Below, one piece after another: positions 47,706 to 61,144 of a stretch of 64,000 nt of DNA. The DNA lies in NCBI GenBank assembly GCA_973895155.1, contig OZ316899.1, positions 14,883,934-14,947,933 on the forward strand, written 5' to 3'. The notes below the pieces were generated by a model. The model was not told the DNA's origin. It did no database searches and was given only the letters and a program-made list of their open reading frames with translations. How positions within the stretch are numbered: the first letter of the stretch is position 1; each line of letters begins with the position of its first letter. The stretch is from Marsupella aquatica. Taxonomy: Eukaryota; Plantae; Marchantiophyta. The position numbers and the translations under genes are program-made.

Positions 47706-47829
47706 ATACAAAAGCAAGAAAAAGGAAGTTAAAACCTGGATTGATTTGCATGTTGTGAAGTTGCTATATACAAAAGCAAGAAAAAGGAAGTTAAAACCTG
47801 GATTGATTTGCATGTTGTGAAGTTGCTAT
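47706..47829. repeat. Perfect 62-bp tandem duplication
   Basis: ATACAAAAGCAAG...GTTGCTAT x2. Confidence 0.9.
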
Positions 47830-48222
47830 ATGGTGAATCCACTTTCATATTTTTTCTTATTCAGATTTTGTGTCCACTATTTTGATTTTAATGTGCCTTG
47901 ACAAGGTGAATCATTTGTATTAATTTGATTTTGAATTCACTTTTGAACCCCTTTTGATTTTAGTGAACTTAGAGTATTTTGAATGTATTTGACTCCCTTC
48001 ATAAATGTTTAATCTTTTCTTTTCAATAATTCCTTAATGAATTCTCTTTTTTCTCATGAGAGTGAGAGAAATGAATTTGAACAATGTGCACATCTGGTGT
48101 ACTAAGTTCCCCTTGTGGTTTCCTTTACAAAATTTATGGTTTTAATTGAGTTGACTGTCATTACCTACAAGCAAGTGTACTCTATGTGCACAACTCTTTA
48201 GTACCTTTGTACTTTCTTGGTC

Positions 48223-51200
48223 TGTCACACCCAAATGATCCGTCCTTACATGGATTTTGGCTTAGGCTGGCATAAACTTTGTGAATATTGAGGGTTTGGG
48301 CAAGGAGGGATGTGAAAACTGTACTTTATTCTAGTAATATAGCGCTAAGTGTGCCCGACTCTACCTATACACGTATCATAGGTATGCTTTGTATTTTGCT
48401 GTCGGAACGTACCTTAAGTTGATAGCTCAATTGACCCCGGCTTAAGGACTTCTAAGCCTTTGTGCTGTCCGCCTGTGATCCAGATCTGATGATACGGGTG
48501 GTCAACCCGGGCTCAGAACCACTATCCACAACTAACACCCCGTGCACTCGCATAATGCATTTGGCCAGGCGATGCTTACCCGTATACAAGATTGACAACT
48601 ACGACTAGACTTCACAACACAAAATCTTGATTTACATGAAGGAAATGATGGGGAAAAGACTTTACTTCAGAATCCGTCATACACATACACACGATTGACT
48701 TGACTTTCTTCTGAACTAGCAGGCCCAACGGCAACAACTTGTACACTACAACGGAGCCCGGCTCCGCACTCGCCCGACAAGATTAGTCATACACTCACCC
48801 CTTGGTGCTCTCTATTCATGAAGGCCAGGACTCCCCGCAGATCCTATGGATACCCGGTTTTGAACCTAAAATCCCCCCCTTGCCTCTACCGGGGGGTGCA
48901 CTAAATATTGTCTAAGGGCTGCGGCCCGGAATGGCCACGATGCCAAATCTAATTTATCCTAAGTTCATCTAATTGTCAGGCCAAAAAATGGCGCGTCCTA
49001 TACTTAGATTCTGCTCTAATTGGGTTGGCCGGACAAGACAATGTTGCTAGCTAGTTTTGGCGTTTGTCTCCAGCGTCCGTCCTTCCAATCTAATCCTGTC
49101 TCTACTCTAAACCTACTACCCCACCGCTAATGTCTGGCACGCTTGCCAGACCCACCCAAATTGGACCTGGAACAGCCGTCCCGCTATCTTCTCAAACGGT
49201 CCATGTCTTGCTTGAGTAGTTGGACTTGATCCAAGAGAGGCTTGTTCCCTCATTTTGTTGCTTCCGTCTCCTTTGTGGCCTAACATGCCTCTTCCAACTG
49301 TTGGGCGTTGCTCGTCAATTGCGCCACTAGTTGGTCTTCCTTAGTGGCTTCTTGTAGAAGCCATGCCACCTCTACCTTCAGGGCGTCAACCTCCGCCGCA
49401 TCTCTCTAGGCCCAAGCTTCGGCTTCCTCCAAGTCCTTTTGCTAGATGACAACTTGTCCTTTCAAGCTATCAATTTGTGTCCAAAGCCACGCAATCTCTA
49501 CATCCTTTACAGCTCTGGCTTTTGCGGCCAAGGCCGGCTTGGCTTTGGGTTTGGTGATCTAGGCCAAGGTGGTTGCAAGCTGGGGCCGAAGAAGTTGAAG
49601 CTCAGTCTCTCGGGCTGAGGCTTCATTTAATAGTTGGGTTGCCTCACCTCAATACTGCTTTATTCTTCTTGTGGCTTTGGATTGTGCATGCCCTACCCTC
49701 ATTGCTGCAACCAGTACTTGGCTGAAGAAGTACGCCACCTTCCGGGCCATAAACACCCCCACGTCTTGACCAACTTCTACAGAGAAGTTGCCAAGAAACC
49801 CATTTAAAAATGTACCCGGAGCAAAGAATTGTGGGTTCATAGGTTGTGGCCGCTGGCTCTTGGGCACTGGCCTTCCTCCATCCAATCAGGGGTGGGGTCA
49901 GGCAAATCCACCTCTGGGATGGGGGCAGACAAATCCAGCTCTGGGGTGATTAGAATAGGGACAGGTGGATCTGCTAAGGAGGGGGGTTCCATTGGTGTTG
50001 GCGTGGGGGATGGAGGTGCTTCCTTTGTGACCAAGGCCTCCGGCTCCGGGCCGGCTTCCTCTTGGTTGGGCGTAATGGTTGCCCGCTCTTGAATCTGGGC
50101 GTCCAAGGCCGTGATGATTATTGTGTTTGGCAAGGAAGATGAAGCCCCCCCAGCTGACTTTGGGATCGGGGCGGGGCTAGGGGCCACGGGCGCCAGGGCC
50201 CAGGCCTTGGGTTGGGCTCACCTCGCTTGAGATGGGAATACCCACCTGGCCGGGGCAAGTTTGGGCTTGTTGCACCAGGGAAGGGTGCGGCAATCAAATG
50301 GGCATACCACTCCATGATGATTTCTATGGGACTTGCTAGGTACGCCTTTCCCCCAAGGTACAAAGTCTTCCTTCATCGCTCCATCTCCTTGTGGAACTTC
50401 TTGACAAAGAATGAAGCCCACTTCCTAGGCCGGTAATTATTGACCTTAATCACTTGGGTGGCGGATTTCTCTCCTCGTGGATCCATCATTTGGAGCGCAT
50501 ACCGTTGGAACTCAAGCTGCTCCGCTACCTCTGGGATGATGCAAGTCCGCATTAGGAAACCATTGTCCATGGACCCCTTGGGCAAGAAGCTAGCTCAGGA
50601 ATGGTACTTGGCTCCCTTGCCCCTTGGTGCCCGCAACCCCACCCAATCCTTTCCTTTGGGTAAGCCAAAGATGAGCTTTAACCGTGCTTTGTTCAAGGAC
50701 ATTACTCGTCCGTGCGCACGGGTCTATTGATAGGCTTCGTCAAAGTTTTGAATATCTGTCATATCCTGCCCGTAGTACCTGCAAGTGTTCCAAGGGAGAG
50801 TGGAGAGGTGCTCAAACCCTCGGGTCGTTAGGTAACATGCATGCTTTGGGTGGAGAATGTTTTTGTGGACATTCTCCCCCATCCAATGCATGGTCAATTT
50901 GGCCACCGCGACGGTGGCTACAGGTAAGCCGGATACCAAGGTTGGCTCCTTCCGCTTCTTACCCCGAGAATAGTTCCCGGGGTGACTTGTTGAGGGGGAC
51001 ATCTCCCCGTCTTCCTTCTCTGGTGGAGACCGTATTGCTACTGCCGTACATTAGTACTGGTGCCGGGGCTGCAACCTTCACCGTGTTGTCTACCAGGGCT
51101 GCCTCTCGGGTTTGGGCTTGCTGGGATGGTGGCGCGGTACCCACCATGCATTGATGGGTACCCGGTGGATTGCGGACAAGGGGAGGGGGCTCCTCATCCT

Positions 51201-51927
51201 TCAAGCTCAGGTTGACCGCTTTCACCACGGATTGCACCCAAGCTGGTGGTGCAACCAGTGGTGGAGAACGGCTCGAGGGTGCTTGAGGTGGCATCTGTGC
51301 CTGGCTTGGCTCTAGGGAGTTGGTCGCATATGCTGCTGGAGGAGGTGCCATGGGTACTGAAGCTGAAGCCGTGTTAGGTCTTGGCTGGGCCAGTGTCCGC
51401 GCCTCCGTGAATACGGTGTCAAAGTGATGCCATTGCAAGTCTATGGTCCCCAAAATTTGGAAGACTTTGTATGCAATGTATGTTGGATCACTAAGGAGGG
51501 GCTGGGCTCAAAGCTGATGCGAGGAGTGAACTGGTGAAGCAGAGGCACGAAAGAGCTTGCCTTTTATACCCCTGCCGTGCGTTGATTGATCGGCCCCTCC
51601 TGCTCATGATAGGCCAAGCTTATCATGCCCGAGGCGTACCGGCCACTCGTTGGGTCCGGGTCAAAGCGTGCCAGAGGCTGCTACCAGTTCAGTTATACGG
51701 ACCCAAGGTTGACTGCCATAATGCGATGATCCTAATCCGGCAGTACGTTAGGTGCCGCCCCGCCAGCCTGAGCGTGAACACCCATTATTACTAAACCTGT
51801 CCTAAACATCATGACTAGCTAATTTGGTGTCGTTATGCTAATAACTACAGATTCCTACATCTACTTCGTACGTGCTTAATATGGATTAGTCGTATTACTG
51901 ATTACCTGTTGTGCTAGCAGCGTCACA
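48223..51927 (-). mobile_element. 3705-bp ORF-bearing solo LTR, older relative of 9519-13518
   Basis: Termini TGTGACGC...GTGTGACA (sense); TSD TGGTC at 48218-48222 and 51928-51932; collinear homology to 9519-13518. Confidence 0.88.
49184..51453 (-). pseudogene. Degenerate homolog of the 824-aa LTR protein
   Basis: GENVHKNILHPKHA, LPWNTCRYYG, DNGFLMRTCIIPEVAEQLEFQRYAL, FAPGTFLN fragments across frameshifts. Confidence 0.88.
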
Positions 51928-52772
51928 TGGTCATAATGTGCTTTTCATGTGTACTTATGGTTTTGTGTGTTATGTGACTCACTCTTAATTAAGAGATATT
52001 AGTTTCTTGGCATATACTTTACATGTAACTACTTCTTTTATCATAAATTAAATGAATTACATATCACTACAAGACAAAAAAGAGGCATGTTCCAGGATGA
52101 ACATGTTATATGTCCATGAAGCTCTGATGAAACCAAATATGGGGAGTGGATTAAAATAAGATATGTTTAGATATAATTATAAGCTTGGATATTGTTATTT
52201 ACATTTCTATTCAGAAAATACACTATTAGTAACCAAATTATCACTTTTGTCCAAATATTTTTCTTGCCATTAACTGTCACCACTTTTGTTCTAAATATAT
52301 TTTGTAAGTCGTTAGAGCACTTTTAATTGAAATCTTTGTTCCATTCTCTCAATGCTCTTCCCCCCAACATAATTACTCTAACCATTTTTACTTTAATAAA
52401 AACTTAAATTGTGAATTACATTTAGGTCTTTGTATACCTCCTTAGTTAGTCATCATGGTAGATTTGAGTAGATTGAGTGTTTTACATTTTACTCATACCA
52501 CCTCAAATAGTTTTCTCAATAGTAAAAAATAAAATGAATTTAATTTCCTCAAAAATATTTTTTGTGTTTATAAACCCTTTGAAAGAGGAACATCAAGCAG
52601 CGCAATGACTCGTGAACAAAGAAAACAATTTCCACCTGGGAGGCTAGGGGGGAAATTTAAAGCCCAAATAAACTCAATTTTTTAAATGAATTATAATTTT
52701 TCTTCACACTTTATTGAGATTCAAGGGCATTGATACTTTGTGACACGACTATACAACTTTCAAAAATGTTGT

Positions 52773-53658
52773 TGTCACACCAGAAATTTGCTCTAAGATA
52801 TATACAACTCTTAAGACACAAACTTCATTAGTATTGAGATTTTGGGCAAAGAGGGGCGTGTTGTCACGCCTTATACTATGCTTAGGCACACATATCTATA
52901 AGTGTATACTTATCTCAGGTATAGTTTGTGTTCCGTCACTGAAATCTACCCTTAATCGTTGGCATTGATTGACCCTGGCCTAAGGACAGATCATTGAACA
53001 ATGCTCGTTTGATTCTTAGATCCAATGATGTGGCTCCCAACCCAGGCTTGCAACCACAATCTGCAACGTGTATCCTCTATGTGTTCAAAGAGTGCCCTCA
53101 GCCAAGCGTCATTGGGATATGATCTAGACCAAATAAGACAACATCAACATGTGTGAACATTCATCCATAGACTCCAACACTGAAAGTATGTGGTTCACCT
53201 TGTTTGGGCTATGTCCATGGCTGTGAAAGAAATCCAGTAATGCAAAATGATTACACCCACCATAGCCAATGTGTTAGAGCTATCCTCAAGAGTGAACCTT
53301 CAAGTGTGAGCACAAGTGTTTGTTCCTCTTGTGTATACCCCCTCTCATGGTCTATGGAAACTTGGAACTCAAACTAGTGCTATCCTAGTCTACTAAAGTC
53401 TCGCTAGTACTATAGAAGTATATAGGTTATACTAGAGGCATAACCTAACAAATCCCCCTTGACTCTAGTCCTCGGCTAACTATTTGGTAGTGTTGTTTCT
53501 AACTATTTGTTTGAATCACTTTGGGAAGTTGTAGAACGTAAAATAGGGAGTTTTCCCCCTACCTAAGAGCTAACTAGAACTAAGCCGTAGCTGACAAAGT
53601 GTCAAATAGACCAGACATACATAGAAATAAACTACCTATCTAGTACTAACTCTTCTAC
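52773..53658 (-). repeat. Degenerate LTR remnant of a related gypsy family; host of the 53659 insertion
   Basis: TGTCACAC terminus and motifs collinear with 48223-48560; other end not found. Confidence 0.55.
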
Positions 53659-54049
53659 TGTGATGCCTAGCCAGGAATCACTAGGCCAGTTAAAATGGTA
53701 AAACCGGGAGTGTACCCTGAAAACACATTAGTATAGTAACAAAACAAGAAAAATATAAACAATTAAGGATGACTATGGAACCCAAGCCGAGGCCGGAAGT
53801 AAGGATGCCACGGCAGGGAACACGATTAGGGTTAGGGTGCGCTAAGTGCCGGCGGCTAAGGGTAACCAACGGGAAGGAAGACCAGGCAAGGGGGGGTAAG
53901 GACCGATCACAAGGAATGGCGGCTCATTTGCGAAGCACAAACTAAGCAGACGATTACGAGAAGCCAACTACTGTCAACTACTTAGGCAAGCACTCTAGGT
54001 GGGAGCAGATACCGACTATCAACTCAAGGAGGGTATGAGCAACGTCAAT

Positions 54050-57000
54050 CAAGGTGCTCATTTCTGGGGATGCCTGTTTGAACGGGCAACTGAGTACAAT
54101 GGGACCTACAAGGACGAAGAATCAGAAAGGGCAGCTCAAGAATGGCAGGAGCTCGCTTGACTATGGGAACTGCAGAAGTTTGTCTTCCTAGGAGGAGAAC
54201 TTATCAAGGCCGAGTTCTTGTGGAATCCTACTACCAATCAGCTCAACACCTTCTGTTTTGTGAGAACAGAATCGTCGGCATCCGGGAAGCCATCAACCGC
54301 TGCAACGACATACACTGGGAGTTGAAGGGTAGCACGGAGGTGTGGACAAAGGCAACCGTGCTTGGAGAAACATCCACAACAGCCGCTATGAAGAGGAAAG
54401 GGTCCAACAACAAAGAGGCCACCCCTGCAAAGAGAACAAGGTTGGCGGCACCAAGGAAGCCAGCCGAGCAGGGGAGGAGGAGGCAGGGAGAAGCTGAAGA
54501 AGAGGAGGTCGACCCAATCAATGTCGTTCCAATGAGGGATGACACCTAGAGGGGCTGGGCGTTGACCCTCCCCAAGGAAGTGCAATTATACTTTGCACGA
54601 GAGGAGGATGCATGCTTTACAGCTATGCAGACTCAGAAGTACCAGGGCTCCATGGCCGGATCTGGCTTGGAAGCCTTCATGAAATTACCGTGGCTAAAGC
54701 CGGAGGTGCCGGATTTTGACTTATTAGAATTCATGGAATCATGGGGTCCCGAGACAAATTCCACAAGGGTGTATGGGAAGGATTTCTATCTCACTCCCCA
54801 GGTGATTGCCGATGGGCAATAAGACCAAAGTAGATACTAAGAAGACCTTGCCAGACAAGGAGTTCCGATTGTTCCCAGGGCCATCAACGAAGAATGGCTT
54901 CTTCCAGAACACCTACACCAACCCGCACATTGGGGAGATGATCGCTTTCTTGCGGGTAACCATGCACTGCAACCTGCCAAGGCCAGAGATCGGCAAGGCA
55001 TAGGTCTACCTAGCGGAGAGGCCAGACCCAAGCCGGGACTACAATGGGTACCTCCTCACCCAACTAAAGAAGATCTTGAAGGAGGAACAGCGTGATAGGC
55101 CAGGGAAGCGTATCCCGCTTGGTTATCACATGCCGTTGTTGTGCCGGTATGCTCGGAGTTAGATCTTTGCCCCAGTACTTCCCCTATAGGGAAGGGCACT
55201 AGAGGAGGTTCCAAAATAGAGGCCGGTAGTAGAGAAACCCAACCAGCTTGGCAGTCCTACGGTCGAGCAAGTGTTTAGGCCGAGGACGGAAAACTTGCCG
55301 ATGCAGCAACCAGGCAGGCAGAATCTTCTAAAATTGCTGGAAAAGGAAAAGAAGGTTGCAATGGCAACGGCACCAGTACAGGACATTGCTCAAGAGGTGG
55401 GCCTAAGCCAACTCACAAGAGAAAACCCCTTTACCGGAGCCAAGGAAAGAAGGAGGTCGGAACACGAGCTGGGGGTTCGGATGTATGTGGGAGCCGCAAG
55501 TCCAGAAGCCAAGGGAGAGCAGCCCAAAGCTCCTGGTCACAATAAAGAGAAGGAGAGGACAGTCTGGAAGCCGGAGGAGGAACCAGGACCCGTGAGTTGT
55601 GTTCGGCAGGAGGCCGCATTTGCAGGGGTATGGCATGCGTGACAGTAAACAGGAAACAGGTTTACTGGTACCAGTAAAATTTTTCCTGTTACCAGCAAAA
55701 ATTTACTGTTACCAGGAAAAATAACAATGTCAAAATATTTTCTAAAACGTCAAATTTTCCAAAAAAATTTAAATTATAACATTTTTTGGCTAGCTTTGGG
55801 CGCTAGCATTACCAGCGCCGGGCGCCATAAAAATTAGAAAAAATTCGAAGAAAAAAAAAAAAAAAAATTCCCAAAACAAAATTTCAAAAAAAAATTTCAA
55901 AAAAATTTTCAAAAAAATTTCCAAAAAAATTACCACTCATTTCCTGTTACCAGTTTTTGTTTCCTGTTACTGTTTGCTGTTTCCTGTCGTTTGTAAATAC
56001 CCCATTTGCAGCAAGATCAGGAGAGGAACGGGGGGAGCCGGTAGTCCAAGCCGGGGAGGAGGTGGTGGAGGACTACGGCAATCACGACTCCGGCTACAGG
56101 TTGGACCATCATGTCCCAAGAGTGAGGACATGTGGCCGTTTCATCCCCATGCTTCCTACAATAGTTTGAGGGGACCCCAACCAGCAGAGCAGCCCCGAGT
56201 CTCCCCCACCAGATGTCGCTCCCCCGAGATTCGATGGGATAAAACAGACGGCACAGGAGTGTTAGGAGCGACTCAGGAAGAAGAGGAGGCAGCCCTGGCC
56301 AAGGAGAAGGATTTACCTGGGGGAGAATGGCTGGAGGATATCTGGCGGCTTGCAGAAAGATGAAGCAGCCCTCCATCCACGATAGAAGAGGTCCAAAAGG
56401 CGGCTTGGGAACAATGGCCGCGGTGGGTGATGCCGAAGACTACTACTCACTCCACCTATGCGCAAGACAGAGCCATGGAGTACGAGGAGATGTGTGGGGA
56501 ACTTGCGCTCTCCATCTTTGGGGAGGAGTTGGAGCATGGACCTTTTTTCTAGAGGGAGATGTTGGAAAAAATCCGATTGGAGGAAGCGGTGGCTTTGGAA
56601 AGGATGAAGAAGGATGAGGTCATCCGACGGCTTAGGGAGAAGGAAGCCAAGGTAGAAGACCTGAAGGCGGCCAAGAAAGTCCAAGATGAGCTACGGATTA
56701 AGCGGCATGAGCTCAACATCATGCAGGGGCAACTGGATACCGCTCAGTCTGATAATCAAATTATCAAGGATAAACTGACTCGGACCCAAGGGGAGTTGGC
56801 CGATGCGGTCAAGGAAAAGGAGAAATGGAAACGGGAGTTGAAGGATGCAGAGCCCACATAGCAACCAACAATCAGGCCATGGCAGAGACACAGAGGAAGG
56901 AGAGGGCGCTGAAGGGGGAGCTCAAGGATCTCCGCGGAGCCCTTGAGCAGAAGGAGGCCGAGTTAGGGAAATCCTATCAAGGGATTATTGTGCTACAGCA

Positions 57001-57826
57001 GGAGCTTGCATCCCTGACGGCCAGCTTCAAGGCCGACCTGCGTAAGAAGGACGACATGCTCGATCAGACTTACGCCAAGATGAACCAGATGGAGTCTGAG
57101 GTTGTCCAAGAGCTCGACAAGGATCTGAGAGCAACCCAGGAAGAGAGGGCTGCCTTGCAGAAGGAATTAGAGGAAGTGCAGAAGGAGCTAGAGAAGGCGC
57201 GCGGGGACCTGGACAAAACGCAAGAGGAGTTGGAGGAAAGCACCTAGAAGCTGGAGAACTTACAACGGCGAGCCGACAACCAAATGGAGCGGCTGAAGAA
57301 ACAAGCCGCAGTATTTAAGTGCTTGGCCTCATCAGTTCAAACTCCAATTATGGCAACAAAGTTGCCAAGGGTAGTACTGGCCGAGGGACAAGCCGCGGCA
57401 CTCGCAATGGTGCTGGAGGTAAGTGGCAAGGGGAAGGGACCAGCTGCCAAACAAGGGAAGAAGAAGAAGCAAAAACCTTCCGGGTTAGGGAGCAACACGG
57501 CTTCTCAAGCCACCCTGACCAAGGAGGAGAATACGGCACCAGCCTCAAGCAAGGTCACGGTAGAGGATTCAACTGTCCTAGAAGGCGGGGATGGCAAGGC
57601 CGAGGCTGGGACGATCATTGATGAAGCCGGGGTAGCGGATTCACCACTAGAGCAAGCCGGGGAGGCCGTAGCCAAAGCTGAGGCCAAAGCCAAGGGTGGA
57701 CCCGATCAGGCCGCAGGAGAGTTGACTCGGTCTGGGGCAGGTAATCTGTTAGAAGACGGACCTACGGCAGTGGTTGCAGAGGAAGCATTGGGGGCGTCCA
57801 TTGAGGATCAGCCACCGCTACCATGA
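54050..57826 (+). pseudogene. Degenerate LTR-encoded protein: shared domain plus long coiled coil
   Basis: SGLEAFMKLPW...LLEFM...TRVYG...FPGPSTKNGF...EMIAFLRVTMH resembles the 824-aa ORF core; C-terminal half matches 18240-20320. Confidence 0.75.
55626..56002. mobile_element. 377-bp MULE-like MITE
   Basis: 9-bp TSD CATTTGCAG at 55617-55625 and 56003-56011; termini GGGTAT...ATACCC with imperfect long TIRs; A-rich core; removal restores EAAFA-ARSGEE frame. Confidence 0.8.
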
Positions 57827-59107
57827 CGGTGGTGGAGGGCCGCTCCTTTTAAGGAGGGCAAACATGGAGGGAGGAGGCGTGAGTGGGCAAGGCGGGTGCA
57901 AATCTCCAAGTTTAGAATTAGGATCAGGACCAAGAGGCGGCCCTGACACTTAGATTAGTGGGATTGCGGATCTGTTGGTAAGAGCAACACTTGTGCTCTT
58001 GCCTCGCTGTACATAGGTAGATTATAGATATGATAGATTAGGCTTACGCTGCAAGGAATTAGGAGGATCCACTGCCAGGATAAGTACCTGGGCAGCGGGG
58101 AGTTCAGGGTCTTCTTCTTTAGCAAGTTTTTAGTGCACCAACAGGGTTGGGATCAAGTAGTAGAAGAAGCTCTCGGTTAGTTATACAGTGACCCTTGTGT
58201 ATATTCATGTTTCCTCATGCCTAGGAGCTGAATAGAGTTGGCCTCATGGCTTAGTTTGCATATCTTGTGTATGAGAAGTAATGTTTGTATGGCAAGTGCA
58301 TGGTATAACTCAGTCAAAAGAAGTCATTTTGCTATTTGTGTGTCGCATTAACTTGTTTGAAGATTGCCCACATCAACCAAGAGAGAAGGGAAGTAAGCAA
58401 AGTAGTAAGAGTTGGATGTGTCAAGCTGAGAGAGGTCTTAGCAGCTAACCCAAGCCAATTGGGGATCATTCCGGTGGCGGAATCCAAACATACCTAAAGG
58501 GAGACCAGGGGAGGAAGACAAGGGAAGGCATAGAATAGGCCGGCTACTTATCTCATGACCCGATGAAGGATCTGTCCAGTATATGTGTGTAAAATGTTAG
58601 TAGAAGAGAGTTAGCAGCGTCCCATGCCGATAAGCCGCGGAACCAGCCTTGCCAAGAGCAAAACCTATAGGAATCGGCTTGTGCAGGGGGGTTTCTTGGA
58701 TTTAGGGAGCCATGGGACGCACCACATCTACCCATATGTATCTCCTTGTAAAATTCTAGACAAAAAACCTATGTTTACCCCTTTTTATGAGGGTTAACTA
58801 GAATTAGATAGTAGTTGATACATACTTTTAGGTATGTACTCTTACGTCTAGGTTACAACATGTAACTATAGTTAGTCTAACCATAGTTAAAATGTGGTTA
58901 GGTTAACTAAGTTGCACACTATATCCTAAGCAGCATTTTCTAGGATGAGTGGAACTAAGGCTCAATGTTACGGAGCCACTTGAGAGATAACAAGAGCTTA
59001 CACTATGGAGACTTGGTATGGCCAACGGGCTTAGAGTTCAATAAAGCTCACTTGTGTATTCCCGTGAATGTAGCCTCAAGGAGGTGAACCCTAAAGGGGT
59101 GCCATGG

Positions 59108-59797
59108 TAGGGGTGCCATGGGTTCTCGGGGTTTGCGGGGGCTATCTTGCCCCCGATCTTGCCCACTTGCTAAATCCTATCAAAATAACAGCCAAGCCGC
59201 GTTAAGGGAGCTTGTGTTGGGGAGGCAAGGCCAAGTAGGCATGGAAGTTGAGTTCCAAGTGCACTTGGCCCCTAGGCTATCAGTGGGGTGAGAACCAAGA
59301 TTTGGTTGCTAGAGTCAGGACTATTCTGGTCCCGACGTGTTGGGACAAGCTTTAGGACAAGCTACTCTATTTGGGCCATGAGCAGGTCTTGGAGGTAGGG
59401 CAGTCAATTGGTTATGGATAGGTACAAGGGAGAACCCTGGCTGCACCCAAAAAAGGGTTGTTTTGGATGAACAGTGGGTGTTGACTCTGGTTCCAAAGAA
59501 CCTATCACTGACCTACTTACTAATGTTTGTTGAGCTTGAGTTAGGATGCTAGACTTGAGAAGATCTATATCCTGTTGGGTTACTTATCAGGGTACTTGGT
59601 TGCTTGTGTAGATAGTAAGGACTGCTGAGCAACGATCATGTTAGGGGGCAAGTGCAGCTTTGTATGGGAGTGATTGTCGGGGGTGCAAAAGGCACCAATT
59701 TGCTTGCTCAGGGAGTTCCATAGAGGCGTTTAGGCACCAAGGGCACTTAGGCGTGGGTGTTGGAATTGGTGAGGGCGCTGGGTGGCAAGGTCCACTA
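59108..59797 (+). repeat. Dispersed non-coding repeat copy
   Basis: Collinear with 35172-35860. Confidence 0.75.
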
Positions 59798-60088
59798 TGT
59801 TAGGAATTGACTCGAGTTCCCGACTATAGTTAGTTTGGCCTGGTTAATTGACCCTTGGTTAGTTTAGGGTAAGGTCCACTTATTTAGACCCACACATCCT
59901 AGTCCCCCTTGGGGGGTATAGGTTGGAGGGAGAGCATTCTCTCCCTCATTCTTCACATGTTCAATCTCATGAGCTATGGATCCTTCAGGAGTTTCTCCAT
60001 GATCGTGGTGTCTTGTTGGTGTAGTGTGAGATTGAGTGCTCTCATGTTCCACATTGCTGTCTAGTCTGGAGCTGACAGTTTTCCTACA
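59798..60088 (+). repeat. 5' LTR (291 bp)
   Basis: TGTTAGGAA...TTCCTACA inverted termini, followed by PBS. Confidence 0.8.
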
Positions 60089-60090
60089 AG

Positions 60091-60101
60091 TGGTATCAGA
60101 G
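60091..60101 (+). promoter_or_regulatory. PBS complementary to 3' end of tRNA-iMet
   Basis: TGGTATCAGAG two nt after the LTR. Confidence 0.9.
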
Positions 60102-61144
60102 TTTCGTGTTTGACGTTCGGTTGCCTGGACAGTGGTGAGAGTGCTCTTTGTGTTGAATTGTGGTGACACATCAGATTGTTTTCAACAATTTGTGTGATTG
60201 TGTCACTGGTCGTTGTGCGCTAGAGGTTTTGTGTTCAGAAGGAGTGACGGTTTCCCAATTGAAACTTCACATCAGAAGTGTCGGATGTGTCTTTGGTTTT
60301 CTGAATGTACTGTCAAGCGGACAATCTTGCGTTTCATTGTGCGCATCGGCGAGCACTTTGTCTCGGTGAAATTTTCACAGCGTTTTATCCGGCAAGTGCG
60401 GAGCAATATCGTTTCACGTTTTGCTGTTTATAGCCTAATCTCTTTGGCTATGGAATCTTTGTGCTTGACTTGATCTCTTACGGGGTCTTGGTTTGATGTT
60501 TTCTAGGGAAAACGTTGATGTTCTTTTTTTTCTTCGTGGTTTTTCTCAATTTTTTCTTCGTTCACCTCTTGGGTCGCGTTGCACAACAATTTGTGGCGAC
60601 ACCGACAATTTGTGTGGTGAAGTACGAGTGGATTACGTAGCCGCCGGGCACTGTAGTGGTGAGGTGTGGTTGTTACTTAGGGCAAACAGAAAATGACAAG
60701 TGAATAGTGATTTTGTCCAGAAATCACGTCGTGTTTAGCGCTTGTTCTGAGTGGTGGTGAGAAATTTCACCCGCAAAACACTATTCCGTTGCAGCTCAGT
60801 GGTGGTGAGACAGTCTTCCGTGGAACACTGTTCCGTCGCGGTTTGTTGGTGGGAAAAAACAGTACCCACGGAACACCGTTCCGCGGCAATTTGGCGGTGG
60901 GAAAAAAATAGTGACCCACGAAACACTGTTTTGCGGGTGCTTTGAGGAGGAGAAAAAAACCTTTTTTCTGGATAACTTTTTTCAGAAACAGTTTTTTGCC
61001 AAATTGTTTTCAGATATTGGTAGTGTACCTTGCAGGCTACGCGGTGGTGCATTACAGTTCCACTTTTGCCAACTTTCATTTTTTGGTGATTGTGTGTAGA
61101 GGTATTTTGGTACTTGTGTTTCCTGTGTGTTTGTGTCAGCATCA

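Larger units (their letters stand above)
53659..58726 (+). mobile_element. ~4.7-kb ORF-bearing solo LTR (5068 bp including MITE)
   Basis: TGTGATGCC...GCACCACA; TSD TCTAC at 53654-53658 and 58727-58731; no gag/pol. Confidence 0.88.
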
